Assembly (NCBI GenBank): GCA_051294905.1
Contig: CM119371.1
Location: 41,046,001-41,110,000, forward strand
Length of the DNA stretch: 64,000 bases
Direction: 5' to 3'
DNA from: Botryllus schlosseri
Taxonomy: Eukaryota
The notes under the pieces: model-generated
The model's input: only the letters and a program-made list of their open reading frames with translations
What the model was told of the DNA's origin: nothing
Database searches by the model: none
Part shown: one piece after another, positions 1 through 11,690 of the stretch
Position numbering within the stretch: the first letter of the stretch is position 1
Layout of the letters: every line of letters begins with the position of its first letter
Translations under genes and position numbers: made by a program

Positions 1-1724
1 ATTGATATGACCTGTCTCCGAAATGGTCGGCACCGAATACTCCCGTCTTTGCAATCGGAGCTCTGCAATGTTGCCCCAAGAGGAAAATAATGAACCCCGC
101 GATTTCAAATCGCGTGCGTCAAAAATGTTTCATAGAACTGCATTGTGCACATCTGGCTGTCTGCGCATTCTCTGTTTGATACACGCGTCGTAAACACGTG
201 GCATATACTGACATATATAGTCGATGCGTGAAGCTTGGGTCGCGAGATGAAAAATATCCCAGATTTGGGTCACGGTCTAAAAAGTTTAAGAACTTCTGTG
301 ATAGATGGTAGAATAAGTGTAGTTGTGAGCAGAAAATTGTCAGCTTTTTAAATTAGATTCGAATTACAATTAACTGAATTCGCCAACACTCTAATTATAT
401 TGCGAATCAGAAATAAACACAGTTCCGTTCATACCAAATCAGAATTGAATCTCATGCTAATGGCAAACGCTGTATAGGCTAATGACTCGCAACCCCGAAT
501 CTGACTCTAGTCGCGATTTTCTTTGTGACTCGACTCGACCCAATCTGTGTATTGTCTCGACTTGTACTCGAGTCATTGCACATGACTCGGACCAAGTCGT
601 ATGACTGGAGACGAGGGTGGTGAAGACCGACATTTCATTGTAATTTTTAATAAAATAGTTACCGCACTGTTGGTATTTTGTCTATATTTGGCTGGTGCTT
701 GAAAATGCGACCAGAAACTGTTAAAAGTGAGGGCAGTTAGTATATTATGAATCTGTTATGAATGCGAAGCACCAAGTACAGTTGTGAAAAGAGTATATGG
801 TTTAACAAGACTTTAATTCCAGACCGAACAGTCAACACGATGATTCTTAATAAACTGAACTGACTTGGACTCGCACTCGAGTCTCAACACTATGCCTCGA
901 CCCTCTGCTCGCCGACTTGGATTCGGTGGTGAATTGAAAATGACTCGAGTCAAAACTATAAAGTGAGATTGACTCGTAACCTTGTGACTTGGTTGCAACC
1001 CTGTAAATGCCGGTACAACAAGCTTGGTTTGTTTCGCACTGTACCGACGCGGTAGCATTTTCAGAAGAACCAGAAATTGTATTAAAATTAGAACATTTAA
1101 ACTTGTTTTTAGCAGTAAACCTACAATACTTCAATATTGCAACAAAGATTAGGTTGATTATTGCCAAATTTAATCCACTCGATGTTTTCCTATATTGATT
1201 ATGATTATCATCCGGAGGGAACGTCAGTAAATATACGCGTAACAAAATTTAATATAGACTACCTTTTCAGTTACTTTTCGATGGACAAATATGAGCTTTC
1301 TGGTAACTTTATCAGTTTACCTGCTGTAGAAATTTGTTTTTTGGACCCGTCATCATTCATTGCAAAGGCCATGTGTAAATCTAACGCGGTGGAGAAGATG
1401 ATGACGTGATGTGGTGCATTGAATTGGTGTGACAACATGGATATAAATATTTTGCCTTTTGGTAATTTAATGTAGATTTCACGGACTTCTTACGAATGGC
1501 GACGATAGCGAAAACTGGAAATTCATCATTGCCGCCGGACAATGATGAGGATGTGTAATCTGTTTTCAATAAATTGAAAGTGTCCTCCGACATGAGATAA
1601 GATAATCGTCAGATTATATTTTTATCTGAACAAGACACACACAATGCGATAAGACACAATACGATGTATTCAGACTTGTACAAACTGCCCATTTAGTTAG
1701 TTGATGGTCAACTAACTAACGGTT

Positions 1725-1890
1725 TTTGAGTAGTTCTAGTTCTAGTTGCGGATTTTGAAAATTGAGTAGGCCTTTAGTTCTAGTCTTAGTCGCGGATATC
1801 GAAAAGTGAATATAGTTTACAGTTTTATAGTTGCAGATTTCGAAAATTTAGTAGTTCTAGTTGCACATTTGAAAAATAATAATAGTTGCC
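1725..1890. repeat. TAGTTCTAGTTGC-type degenerate tandem repeat family
   Basis: Also at ~28460-28600 and ~33340-33395. Confidence 0.65.
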
Positions 1891-3265
1891 GAACAACTAG
1901 AAAACACGTGTTGTCGTTTTGCGTGAATTGCTGAGATGCCGGTGTTCTGTTGAATGATGTTTGTGCAACAATTGCTCGCTCAGAGCCATCATTGCTAACA
2001 CTGGCGCAGCCAGGGAGTGGGTTTGTGAGGTCGGAAACACTCCGATTTCAAACGCGAAACCCCGTTCTTTTGAAATGTCGATTTAATGTCTGATATTTCC
2101 TATAAAATAAAAATTAATGTGTTGCCTAGGAGTATGAAATGCAGTTCTGTACGGTTATAGCCGTTAATGACTCGGGAACTCTTTTAATCACGCCAACCCC
2201 AGACACGTCCTTCTATATTAAGACACCAAATTGTATGTGATGTTACAGCTTGTCACTATCCCGAGCGGTGTTTTTCTTGGAAAAATCGTCTTGTTGTTTT
2301 GGGAGTTTCGCTGGTAGGTTTTCCGAATTCGTCTTCTCGCATGCACCCTCAGCCGAGTGACTGCGTGCTTATGTCACATAATACCGACCAAAATTAAGCC
2401 ATGTTATATCGACTTTATGTTTCTTGTTTGCCATTGTTTTGAATAATTACGTGGGATAAATATCATATTTGTGATTTGACTTTAAACCCTTAATTGCCTT
2501 CCGCTTATAGTTACAAATCCACCCAGAAGCTAGTGTTAACCACGTAATTCATTGCTTTCAATTTATCAATTATTAGAAAGTAATACGCCGCCGAATATAG
2601 TGCAAACTTTTGACTTAGCTCGCCAACGCATTCCCTTCCTGTTGCCTGCACAGTGCACATGTATGTTTTTGAGGTTTCCACATTAGCCTACAGCCAAGAA
2701 ATCAGGTTCCGGTGAATCGCACCCAGCACGGAAAACTTTTTAAAGATAAATAATATATGCTTCAAAATACTATTTTATGTCGATCTGTGAAATAATATTG
2801 GGTCACCTACGAGCTTTGTACAGTTCAGTTCAAAAAACTTCTGTTTCGCTTTTTGCAAACACATGGTTACAATATGTCGCGTACGTGAAGTCATTTGGCG
2901 TGCCACAAATCATATCGCGTGCCACGCTGCGACCCCTGGCCTAGAACGACAGTAGGTCACGCCACAAGCAGTAGCGGTGGGCAAAGTCGACTACCCGAGC
3001 GATTATCTTCTAAATATACTATTGGAAATTATCTAGCTAGGCTTAATACACGTCCTCCGAGGACGCCCAAATCTTCTTTTTTGGAAATTCATCCTCCTTT
3101 ACGGCTTCGACATACATGCGATTGTACACTGTACAGGTCAACCACAACCTAAAAGTTAGAGCAGGTCATCCCCGAGTCAAGTTGGAGAAATGACCTTTTT
3201 ACAACAGCATTCCCCTTAAACATTTCAAATAAACCCATATTATGAGTTTTGTGATTTGTATAAAG

Positions 3266-3586
3266 TAGGGTTACCATATTTTGGATATCTGAAGAGGACA
3301 CTTTTCAAAATTTTCAGACTTGCAAAATCGGAGGCAAATCTGGAAAAATAGTAAATGTTGCCCACTTCGTGGTCGGTTGACTAAGAAAAGAGGTCAACTT
3401 TCCGACTCAGCTCCCGAAATACCCGCAGAAGCGTTGCTTCGGTGCAGATTTACTGTGTCCGAGTCGAATTTTGCCATATATTTAACTAATTTTCCCATAA
3501 AAGAGAACATGGGCGTCCTCAGAGGACACTTTCAAAATAATCAAAAAAGAGGTCAAATCGTCCTAAGAGGATGCATGGTAACCCTG
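3266..3586. mobile_element. hAT-type MITE (TIR TAGGGTTACCA, GAGGACA subrepeats)
   Basis: TSD GTATAAAG/GTATGAAT. Relatives at 57546-57925, ~58370-58471, ~6670-6735. Confidence 0.7.
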
Positions 3587-4145
3587 GTATGAATTGTCCT
3601 CATTTCCACATCTCAAAATATGGTAACCCTACCCCAATCAATAAAACTAATGCACGATTCAGATTTGAGTGATTGTGACTAGCCCCGGGCGCAGGTAAAG
3701 TCAGTATATCAGAAATCATAAGGAACATTGGCCTGGTGTACACAAATGACCACGAAAACTAAAATCAACAACTATATCATCGCGATGCTAGACACAGTGC
3801 ATATAATTGTCTCTCCACGCAGGTTCGCTATTAAATTTTCACGTAAAACAACGCGAACATCATCGCACACTCCAAGTATCTGCGTTTTCCGCAAAAGGAT
3901 GCTCATCAAGCCGAAACGGGGGGGCTGTTCAGTGCTTTTTCTTTCGTGTCTGCTTCTCCAAACTGACGGGCATTCCTTGGGTACCACCGTCCCTGGAAAT
4001 CAATAACGGTACAGTTTGCGAGGATATGATTTTGGCTCCAGGTATACCAGACATATATAAACAAAGGGGCACGGAGAAAGCATATCCAGCTGCAGCAGAA
4101 TCCACTTATTCGCACAACTGTTATATTTTAAGTACTTGAAAAAAT

Positions 4146-4600
4146 CAGGGTTGTAATGACTCTGATGACTCGAGTCATTTTCTTAAAATACGGAAATGAC
4201 CCGACTCGAGTCAATCTGTGCCAAGTCATATGACTTGAGACTCAGACGGCCAAGACCGACATTTCATTGTCATTTCGAGAAATAGTAAAGTAACCACCCG
4301 ATTGTGATTTCGTCTATTGGTACTGGTACTTGAAAATGCGTCCTGAAACAGTTACAAGTGAGGAAAATTAGTATATTATAAATGCGAGCCATTCGATATC
4401 ACCAAACGGAGTTTCAAAAGTGGGTTTAACAAGACTTCAATTGGAAACTGAGCAGCCAACACAATGACTTGGACTCGGACCTCTGCTGGATGACTTGGAC
4501 TCCGACTTGACTCGGTGGTGAATTGAAAATGACTCGAGTCAAAACTATAGAAGTGAGATTGACTTGTGACTCGGAGCCTTGTGACTTGGTTACAACCATG
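4146..4600 (+). mobile_element. hAT-type MITE, GACTCGAGTC-rich family (TIR CAGGGTTGTAA)
   Basis: Perfect 8-bp TSD GAAAAAAT. Other copies: ~475-1003, 4622-5089 (TSD CTCGCTAC/CTCACTAC), 5987-6321, 10816-11273, 11766-~11945, 11946-12295, 41791-42202, 56708-57315. Confidence 0.85.
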
Positions 4601-5377
4601 GAAAAAATCATGTCTCGCTACCAGGGTTGCAATGAAACGAGTCACGACTCGATTCGCGATTTTATGATGACTCGAGTCATTTTCTCAAAATACGGAAATG
4701 ACTCGAATCGAGTCAATCTGTGTATTGACTCGACTCATTGCGCATGACTCGGACCAAGTCATGTGACTCGAGTCTCAGAGGGCCATACGACCGACATTTC
4801 ATTTAAATTTCAAAGAATAGTAAAGTAACCACACTGTTGGTATTTCGGCCTGTTAGTATTGGTACTTGAAAATGCGACCTGAAACTGCTGAAGTGAGGAA
4901 AATCAGTATATTTTAAATGCGAACCATTCAATATCACCTAACAGAGTTATTAAAAACTCAAAACTGAGCAGTCGACGCAATGACTTGGACTCGGTGGTGA
5001 ATTAAAAATGACTCGACTTGACTCGAGTCAATACTATAAAAGTGAGATTGACTTGTGACTCGGCGCCTTGTGACTCTGTTACAAGCCTGCTCACTACTCA
5101 ATTTAAATCTTTACAATTGATATTCGATTTGGATTCAAGTAATCGAATCATAGGCCACGTCCAGCCTAGTCAAATCAAATTATTTGAGGGTGCCGACCCA
5201 AATTAAATCATTAAGATACGTGACTTAATTAGTGCCCTATCGATTATTTGTTTGCTGAAAATATCAAGTCAACACTAAACTTTGAAAGAATCATCGGTAA
5301 TTCGACATCGTCCATCAGAGACACAATAAAAATGCCCCTTAAGCTAGATGCCGTATCTCACGAATATCATTTGAGTC

Positions 5378-5560
5378 TCACCAATACGCTCTTTCGATAC
5401 CGGACATTTTTCCGTGGTCTGCTATCTTTCTGAAAACGATTCGACTCATCCTCCACCTTGGTCGTTTACCCCTGGCTCTGCCGGTGACAACGCACATCTT
5501 TCTTACTTCTGTCCGACAGCTGGCCCGGGGCAGTCTAGTCACCTCCTCGGCGGCAATCAA
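5378..5560 (-). CDS. MRPS14: Mitochondrial ribosomal protein S14, last coding exon
   Basis: TTTCAG acceptor at 5561; LIAAEEVTRLPRASCRTEVRKMCVVTGRARGKRPRWRMSRIVFRKIADHGKMSGIERAYW* is the canonical uS14 C-terminus. Spliced product is 173 aa. Confidence 0.93.
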   Translation of the reverse strand: MIAAEEVTRLPRASCRTEVRKMCVVTGRARGKRPRWRMSRIVFRKIADHGKMSGIERAYW

Positions 5561-7021
5561 CTGAAATAGCAAGAGTGGGGACATCAGCAGATCAGTTTTG
5601 TCTTGGCATTCGATATTTCTAGTTGTTAAATTAGACTAATTACAGTGATATGTTGGCAATCTAATTCTAATGTTATTTGTAGTTCACCTGAAAATGCTAC
5701 AGGAGAACCGTATAGCGCGAAACAAGCCAAGTTTGGTGTACAGACATTTGCCATTCTCTTAATGAGTGCAATCGGCATACAAGCTGGGCAAAGTAGATGC
5801 CGTAACTGAATTTATTTTTGAAAATTGCACCTATTTCAATTGTCGTCACTCATTCTGGGTTAGTTGAGATTATGCACCTTGCAATTTCAATAGCAGTAGT
5901 CAACGCTGGTTAAAGTTTACAGAGATAGAATGTTGAAAATGTCTGCAACGGTAAAGTACACTAACTTCTTCGCAGTCCTCAATCAGCAGGGTCGTAATGA
6001 CTCGACTCGAGTCACGACTTTCTGATGACTCGAGTCATTTACTCAAACACGGAAATGGAATGTCTCGACTCGAGTCAATCTGTGTATTGACTCAACTTGG
6101 ACTCGAGTCATTGCGTATGACTCGAACCAAGTCATATGACTCGAGACTCAGAGCAACACAACAGAGCAACACAATGACTTGGACTCGATCTTGAGTCAAA
6201 ATATCATGACTCAGACTCGACCCTCTGCTTGCTGACTTGGACTTGACTCGGTGGTGAATTGAAAATGACTCCATTTAAAAGTATAAAAGTGAGATTGACT
6301 TGTGACTTGGTTACAACCCTGCTCATTAGTCAGGCTGTAATTATAATACAGTCATGACTACACTCGGACTGAAGTTCTGAAAATCTAGAGCCCCTTAAGA
6401 TATACCATGCCTACAGGATCTGCGTCAGCCGAGAGAAAAGTAGGGAAAACAAAAAACTGTGGATTCCAAAATTTGTCCTGTTCCTCTTGTTGTGTTGACT
6501 AAAAAACAAGTGATCCTTGCGTCTCGACTCCCGAATTACCCACTTTTTAACGATACTGCTGTGTTGTTGACTAGAAGAAAACGAACGTCCGCAATACAGA
6601 TTTCGAGTCATTTGGAGCGTTCTATATTTCAGCCTGTCCAGTGTCTATTAGCCTGGCTGTCAAAGCTATAAAGGAGGACATTTTCGAATTCCTCAAAAAG
6701 GAAGACGAATGGAAAAAGGACATATGGTTACCCTGGGAGAGGAGGGATATTTTGAAAACAGACAATGTTCTAAATTCTAATAGATTAAGGTTAAATCTAT
6801 GACCAATGCCAATGCAACAAGGATCAGATCATCTTGTTAAGATCCCTATAAACAGAAACTTATGCCAGTTACGTTATATTAAAATATGGGTTAGGATAGA
6901 TTTTATTCAATTCAATTCAGTTCCGTTCAATTCAAAAATTTCATCCCGGTAACATCATATTTTGGGATACGATTGTTGATATACAATGTTCTTTTCAATT
7001 CTCTACAAGTTGCTGACAATT

Positions 7022-7055
7022 ACCCCTGACGAGTGTCAGCCGAAAATATTCGGGC
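7022..7055 (+). ncRNA. Minimal hammerhead motif, family 1, in MRPS14 intron 2 (antisense to the gene)
   Basis: acccCTGACGAgtgtcagccGAAAatatTCgggc inside a repeat copy at about 6925-7078. Confidence 0.7.
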
Positions 7056-7428
7056 TCATTTCAATATGAATATACTACCCCGAAGAAGCTTTTCAATTTG
7101 GTACCAATATGTGAATGATGACTTGCTCACAAAACGGGGGAACGGAATCACAAACAAATTTCGGTGTGTCATTGATGACTGAATGTGTGGGCATAATCTA
7201 ATCTAGTATGACGAATGGCTATTTATACAGATTTACGTCGTTTAGACGTGTGCAACAATGGCATAAAGAAACAATATGAACTCGAATGCATTCAGAACAT
7301 GGGATTAGCAGGGGAACAATTATGGATTTTAAAAGGGGTGGAGTCCTGCTTGGAAAGGTAGTAGATGGTTCTCCGAACGTACCACCTTGTCTACACCACT
7401 GGTTACTAAAATTTACAAAATACGTTAC

Positions 7429-7626
7429 CCTGAGCTCATCAGGAAGATAGGTGTTCATCTTGAGACACTGCAATCGAGATCGCAGAGGTGCATAATAAGC
7501 GCATGTCTCTCTTCTGCGTGCGTCGTTTTGCATTGTCATCTTCGGGTAGCGTAGCACGCGGCTTCCCGGTTTCGACGTTTGGTGATAATGCCATGCTTGT
7601 GCGTCGAGATGCTTTGGAAGTGGCCA
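7429..7626 (-). CDS. MRPS14: Mitochondrial ribosomal protein S14, coding exon 2
   Basis: CTACAG acceptor at 7627, GTAAC donor at 7428; 198 nt, phase 0/0. Encodes WPLPKHL...DARRRETCAYYAPLRSRLQCLKMNTYLPDELR, matching the uS14m N-half pattern (D.RRR...YA..R.R...L..N..LP). Confidence 0.9.
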
Positions 7627-8393
7627 CTGTAGATTAGGATTTGGAAATTAAGTATTTGTAGGACGAAGAACAGTTCATATTTTGGATCAGCGAGTGCGAC
7701 TGGCAATCTCTATAGCCCAGAGTGGAGTTGGTGGCATTGCCCCCATTTTTTGTTGCTTGCTTTTCTATAATATCTTCTTTCAATTTTCATTCAGTGTGCC
7801 TCCTTTTTACATCGCCTAGGCCAAGGTGGGTGTCCGATTCCAAGGACTCCAAGTCGTTTCGACACCTTCCTATCTTTTCATTGTATCACAATTTTTGTGG
7901 TGTATTCAACTGATAAACATTGCTAATAAACCGACCCTGAATTTCATTGCCACAAACAACGACTGTTTCCAGCCTGTCTTATAGGCCTAGCTATCATCAG
8001 AGCAGAGCTGGACAACTAGAAAATTGTCAGTTTGTCCAAATTAGATAAGAATTATAAATACAGAATTCGCAAAAACTTAGAATTGAATTCCAGATAAGAA
8101 AAAATGCAATACAATCAAGGTCTGTTCATTCTAGTATGAAAAGCATGAGAATTCTGTACATCAAGCTTGGCACTATACAGTTCTGTAGCATTTTCAGGAA
8201 GATTAATAATTGGATTATAGCATAGAAACATTATACAGATTATATTAGAATCACTGAATAACATGACCAGAATTTTGCTCTATAATTAGACAACCTAAAT
8301 TACCTAGTACAGGTACTACACTAGTTGCCCAAGTTTGTCAGAAGATAGTAAAATCACTACGAATTTGAATAGCCACAAAGTAAGTATACTTAC

Positions 8394-8534
8394 GTATGCA
8401 ACTGTCGGCTTCTCAGGCGGAAAGGGGCCACCTTTCGGGTAAGACAAGGCAAACTTTTTTCGATTGCTCAACGCAGTCGTAGAGTGATAGAATCTTCTGG
8501 CAGCGAAATTGAACAATTTCTGAAATCCCTCCAT
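8394..8534 (-). CDS. MRPS14: Mitochondrial ribosomal protein S14, coding exon 1 (targeting peptide / N-terminal extension)
   Basis: ATG at 8534; MEGFQKLFNFAARRFYHSTTALSNRKKF looks like a mitochondrial presequence. GTAAGT donor at 8393, phase 0 (141 nt), joins exon 2 in frame. Confidence 0.8.
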
Positions 8535-11493
8535 GGCGATGTTCCAAATTATAACGAGGAAAGTCAGACACTTCGGTTTATTATACCACGTTAAATAAGC
8601 ATATCGAAGACAGTTGTAATCGTCCTTGCTTCTAGCTTGACCAAATAAATGTACATTTGATGTACTTTTGTCATGCTTGATTAATTACATATGCCGGTTT
8701 CATTACTAACGAGATAAAATGTTAGTAATCTCAGCAAATATGCTGATTTTCACGTCAGAAATATGAAGTATAATTATAATGGGCAATGTGGAGTTCAATC
8801 AGTCAGTTTCATAGATCATTGATGGGCGTGCTGGAGGCGGGTCCGCACAGTGACCAACTTGCGGCACTTTAAAAACACCCCTGTGATGCTATTTGATTTG
8901 GCCATAAAATGCACAGCTCTACCTTGGATAATGTAACATACAACCTGATATTGTCTTTTGACATTTGGATGTATTATTTATCGCATTTTACTTGTCGAGT
9001 GAATATACGAATAAAGGTTCTCTCTCTCTCTCTTTGTCGACTGATTGCCCACATTTGGCGCTAGTGAGCTCATGAGGCCTTGGCAACGGGACGCCGAATT
9101 ACTTTACCACATATTTACTACGGGTAATTTCGCTCTTTAATTGGTATAGTGTCGGCGAAATCCCTCCAGTACTCAATATTTACATCGCCTAAGCCCAGAT
9201 GAGTGTCTGATTTCAAAGACCACTCCCAAGTCGTTTCGGCATCTGCCTATCTTTCTTTCTATCGCAGTCCTGTGATCTTTTGAAATGATGAAATTTTATG
9301 AACTCTGGAAACGATTCTCCCTTCATTTCGGTATAGTGGAAATCAGAGCTGGCCAGGTGTAATTTGGGAGGTTCCATGCATCCGAAAACTTTCTGGGTGA
9401 GCGTGCGTGGTATTCGGTGACACCAATCTGGGATTTACCATGGCAACGCAACGATTTCTGGCCTTTCCCAATGATTTCTCCTGGTATGATGGAAATTGTG
9501 CTTGGTAAATGGTGGCTGCGAAATGATTCAGACCAGAAATAAACACTGTGCCCCGTAGTTGTCTTGCAATCGGTGAATATCAGGAATAATTTTGGGATAC
9601 TATGGCTTACAGTCCTTACACATGATTGTGAAATGTAGTTGGGTCAAAACATTCGATCCTGCGATATGTTCGACCAATGCGATTCTTACGGTATGCTCTA
9701 GTTGCGACTTCCTGATCGCTTTGCGTTCAGGTGTATGTAAACAATAGGTTATAGACTTATAGTTACAGGAATTAAAACCAGCGATCCCTAACTTCATAGA
9801 CGTCGTGTTCCTACTGGTGTTCCAGACGAAGTGCTGTTTTGACCTCGGATAGGGGGTACGAGAAACATTTCATGACAGCTCAAGGGGTACGAGCGCTAAA
9901 AAGAAAAAGAAACACTGCGTTAAGAAGTTTTACTACCAACGACTGAGCACTGAGATCACTATTTTATCACAACGTTAGACAGATTTGCGTGTATTTGTCT
10001 CTCCAAGCAGTCCGTAAAACTTTTGCGAATGCAACGTGAAAAACGAATGCAAATGATGTCAACAAATCTACATATGGCGGCTGTTCAGTGCTATTTCCAT
10101 CCATATCTTTTCTCGAAACCGCAGAGCATTTCTTGGGTGCCGCCATCCCTGGAAAAAAATACAGGTACAACTGTCACGGATTTGAATCTGGCTCCAGGAG
10201 TTTGAAAGATAAACCCAAACAAGACAGTGCAAAGATAGGGTCAGTTTCCACTCAAGTAGAAGCAAAGCCCAAAACTATAGATATTTATTATATTATTTAA
10301 ATAAAAGTAGCAGTTTCTAAGATATGTCTAAACTATTTCAAGTGGAATTAAAAAATGAAAGGTTTAAAAGTCCTCGAGAAATTAGATCATGGCCGAGGTC
10401 GCATAATTTTAGTAGGTAGTTAATTGGAAGTGGCTACTTCCGAAATTGCGAAATTTAAGGTGATGCAAACCCTTCCCTAACCTACTTTATACCATTTGAA
10501 AACTAGTTTGCAAGAAGCAAGCGGTTTAGCCTAGAGTATTGTTCCAGTGAAATTATTCTACAAACACAGCTACTTCAGAACAGGGTTGCAACCAAGTCGG
10601 ACGATTTCGAGTCACAAGTCAATCTCACTTTTATAGTTTTTCAATGTCTGTCTTGGCCGCTTCAATTTGCAATTCAATATAATTTAAGTATTAGCGAATT
10701 CAGTTACTTTTGTAATTAAAATCTAATTTGAAAATGCTGAAAATTTTCCAATTGTGCAAGTGTGCTCGCAACTACACTTATTGTGCCACGTATCATGTAT
10801 GTAATGGGATTTATCCAGGGTTGTAACCAAGTCACAAGTCAATCTCACTTTTGTAGTTTTGACTTGAGTCAAATCGATTCATTTTCAATTCACCACCGAG
10901 TCAAGTCCGAGTCCAAGTCGGCGAGCATAGGGTCGACTCCGAGTCATAATGTTATAAGTCAAGTCCGAGTCATTGTGTTGATTGCCCAGTTTCGAGCTAA
11001 ATCTTGTTAAACCCAGTATTTACAACTCTGCACTCATTTTCCTCGCTTTTACCAGTTTCTGGTCGCATTTTCAAGTACCAGTATTAATAAACGAAATACC
11101 AAAAGTGTGGTAACTTTACTATTCTTAGAAATTACAATGGGATGTCGTTCTTGACCATCAGAGTCTCGAGTCACGGGCAATGACTCAAGTCGAGTCATTT
11201 TTTGTATTTTGAGAAAATGACCCGGGTCAAGTCGAGTCAGCAAAAAATCACGATTCAAGTCATTACAACCTTGTTTCAAGTTGACCAAAATAACTTTGAA
11301 AATCGCATCTACTTACGGCATCATAAGTAATTCTGTGGTAGCCACAGAAGCGCAACTTACAATTTAACGAAGGCCTACAATACCTCATCCCGATATACTT
11401 CTTGAACTGACTTACACAGCGGGCATTTTCAGGGCACTCAAGTTATGAATATAAATTTGGGCATGCTTTAAAAAGATATACCACAAACACGTC

Positions 11494-11690
11494 TCACCAA
11501 TATGCTCTTTGTAGACCGGAAATTATCTCGTGGTCTGCAATTCTTCTGAAAACTCGCATATCTTTTCGACATTCCGGCAGCTGGCCTTGGGCAGTCTTGT
11601 CACTTCCTCTGCTGCAATCAACTGAAATAGAGTGAATAGGAATAGAAGCGAGCATGGGGACATCGGCAGACCAGTGTCATTTTAGCATAC
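11494..11690 (-). pseudogene. Decayed duplicate of the MRPS14 last exon plus upstream intron end
   Basis: Aligns to 5378-5620 including acceptor and intron. The exon part is 128 nt vs 183 nt (net 55-nt loss, frameshift). No duplicates of exons 1-2 recognised. Confidence 0.85.

Noticed and set aside
813..6274. Many short ORFs with TRV/DSS/SQSH words
   Set aside because: Translations of the GACTCGAGTC-rich MITE.
7805..7915. Dispersed ~110-bp repeat (also 9178-9290, 17360-17478) tested as a ribozyme or SINE
   Set aside because: No CUGANGA core and no A/B boxes; unclassified fragment.
9300..9830. Coding-like composition
   Set aside because: No frame gave a recognisable domain.
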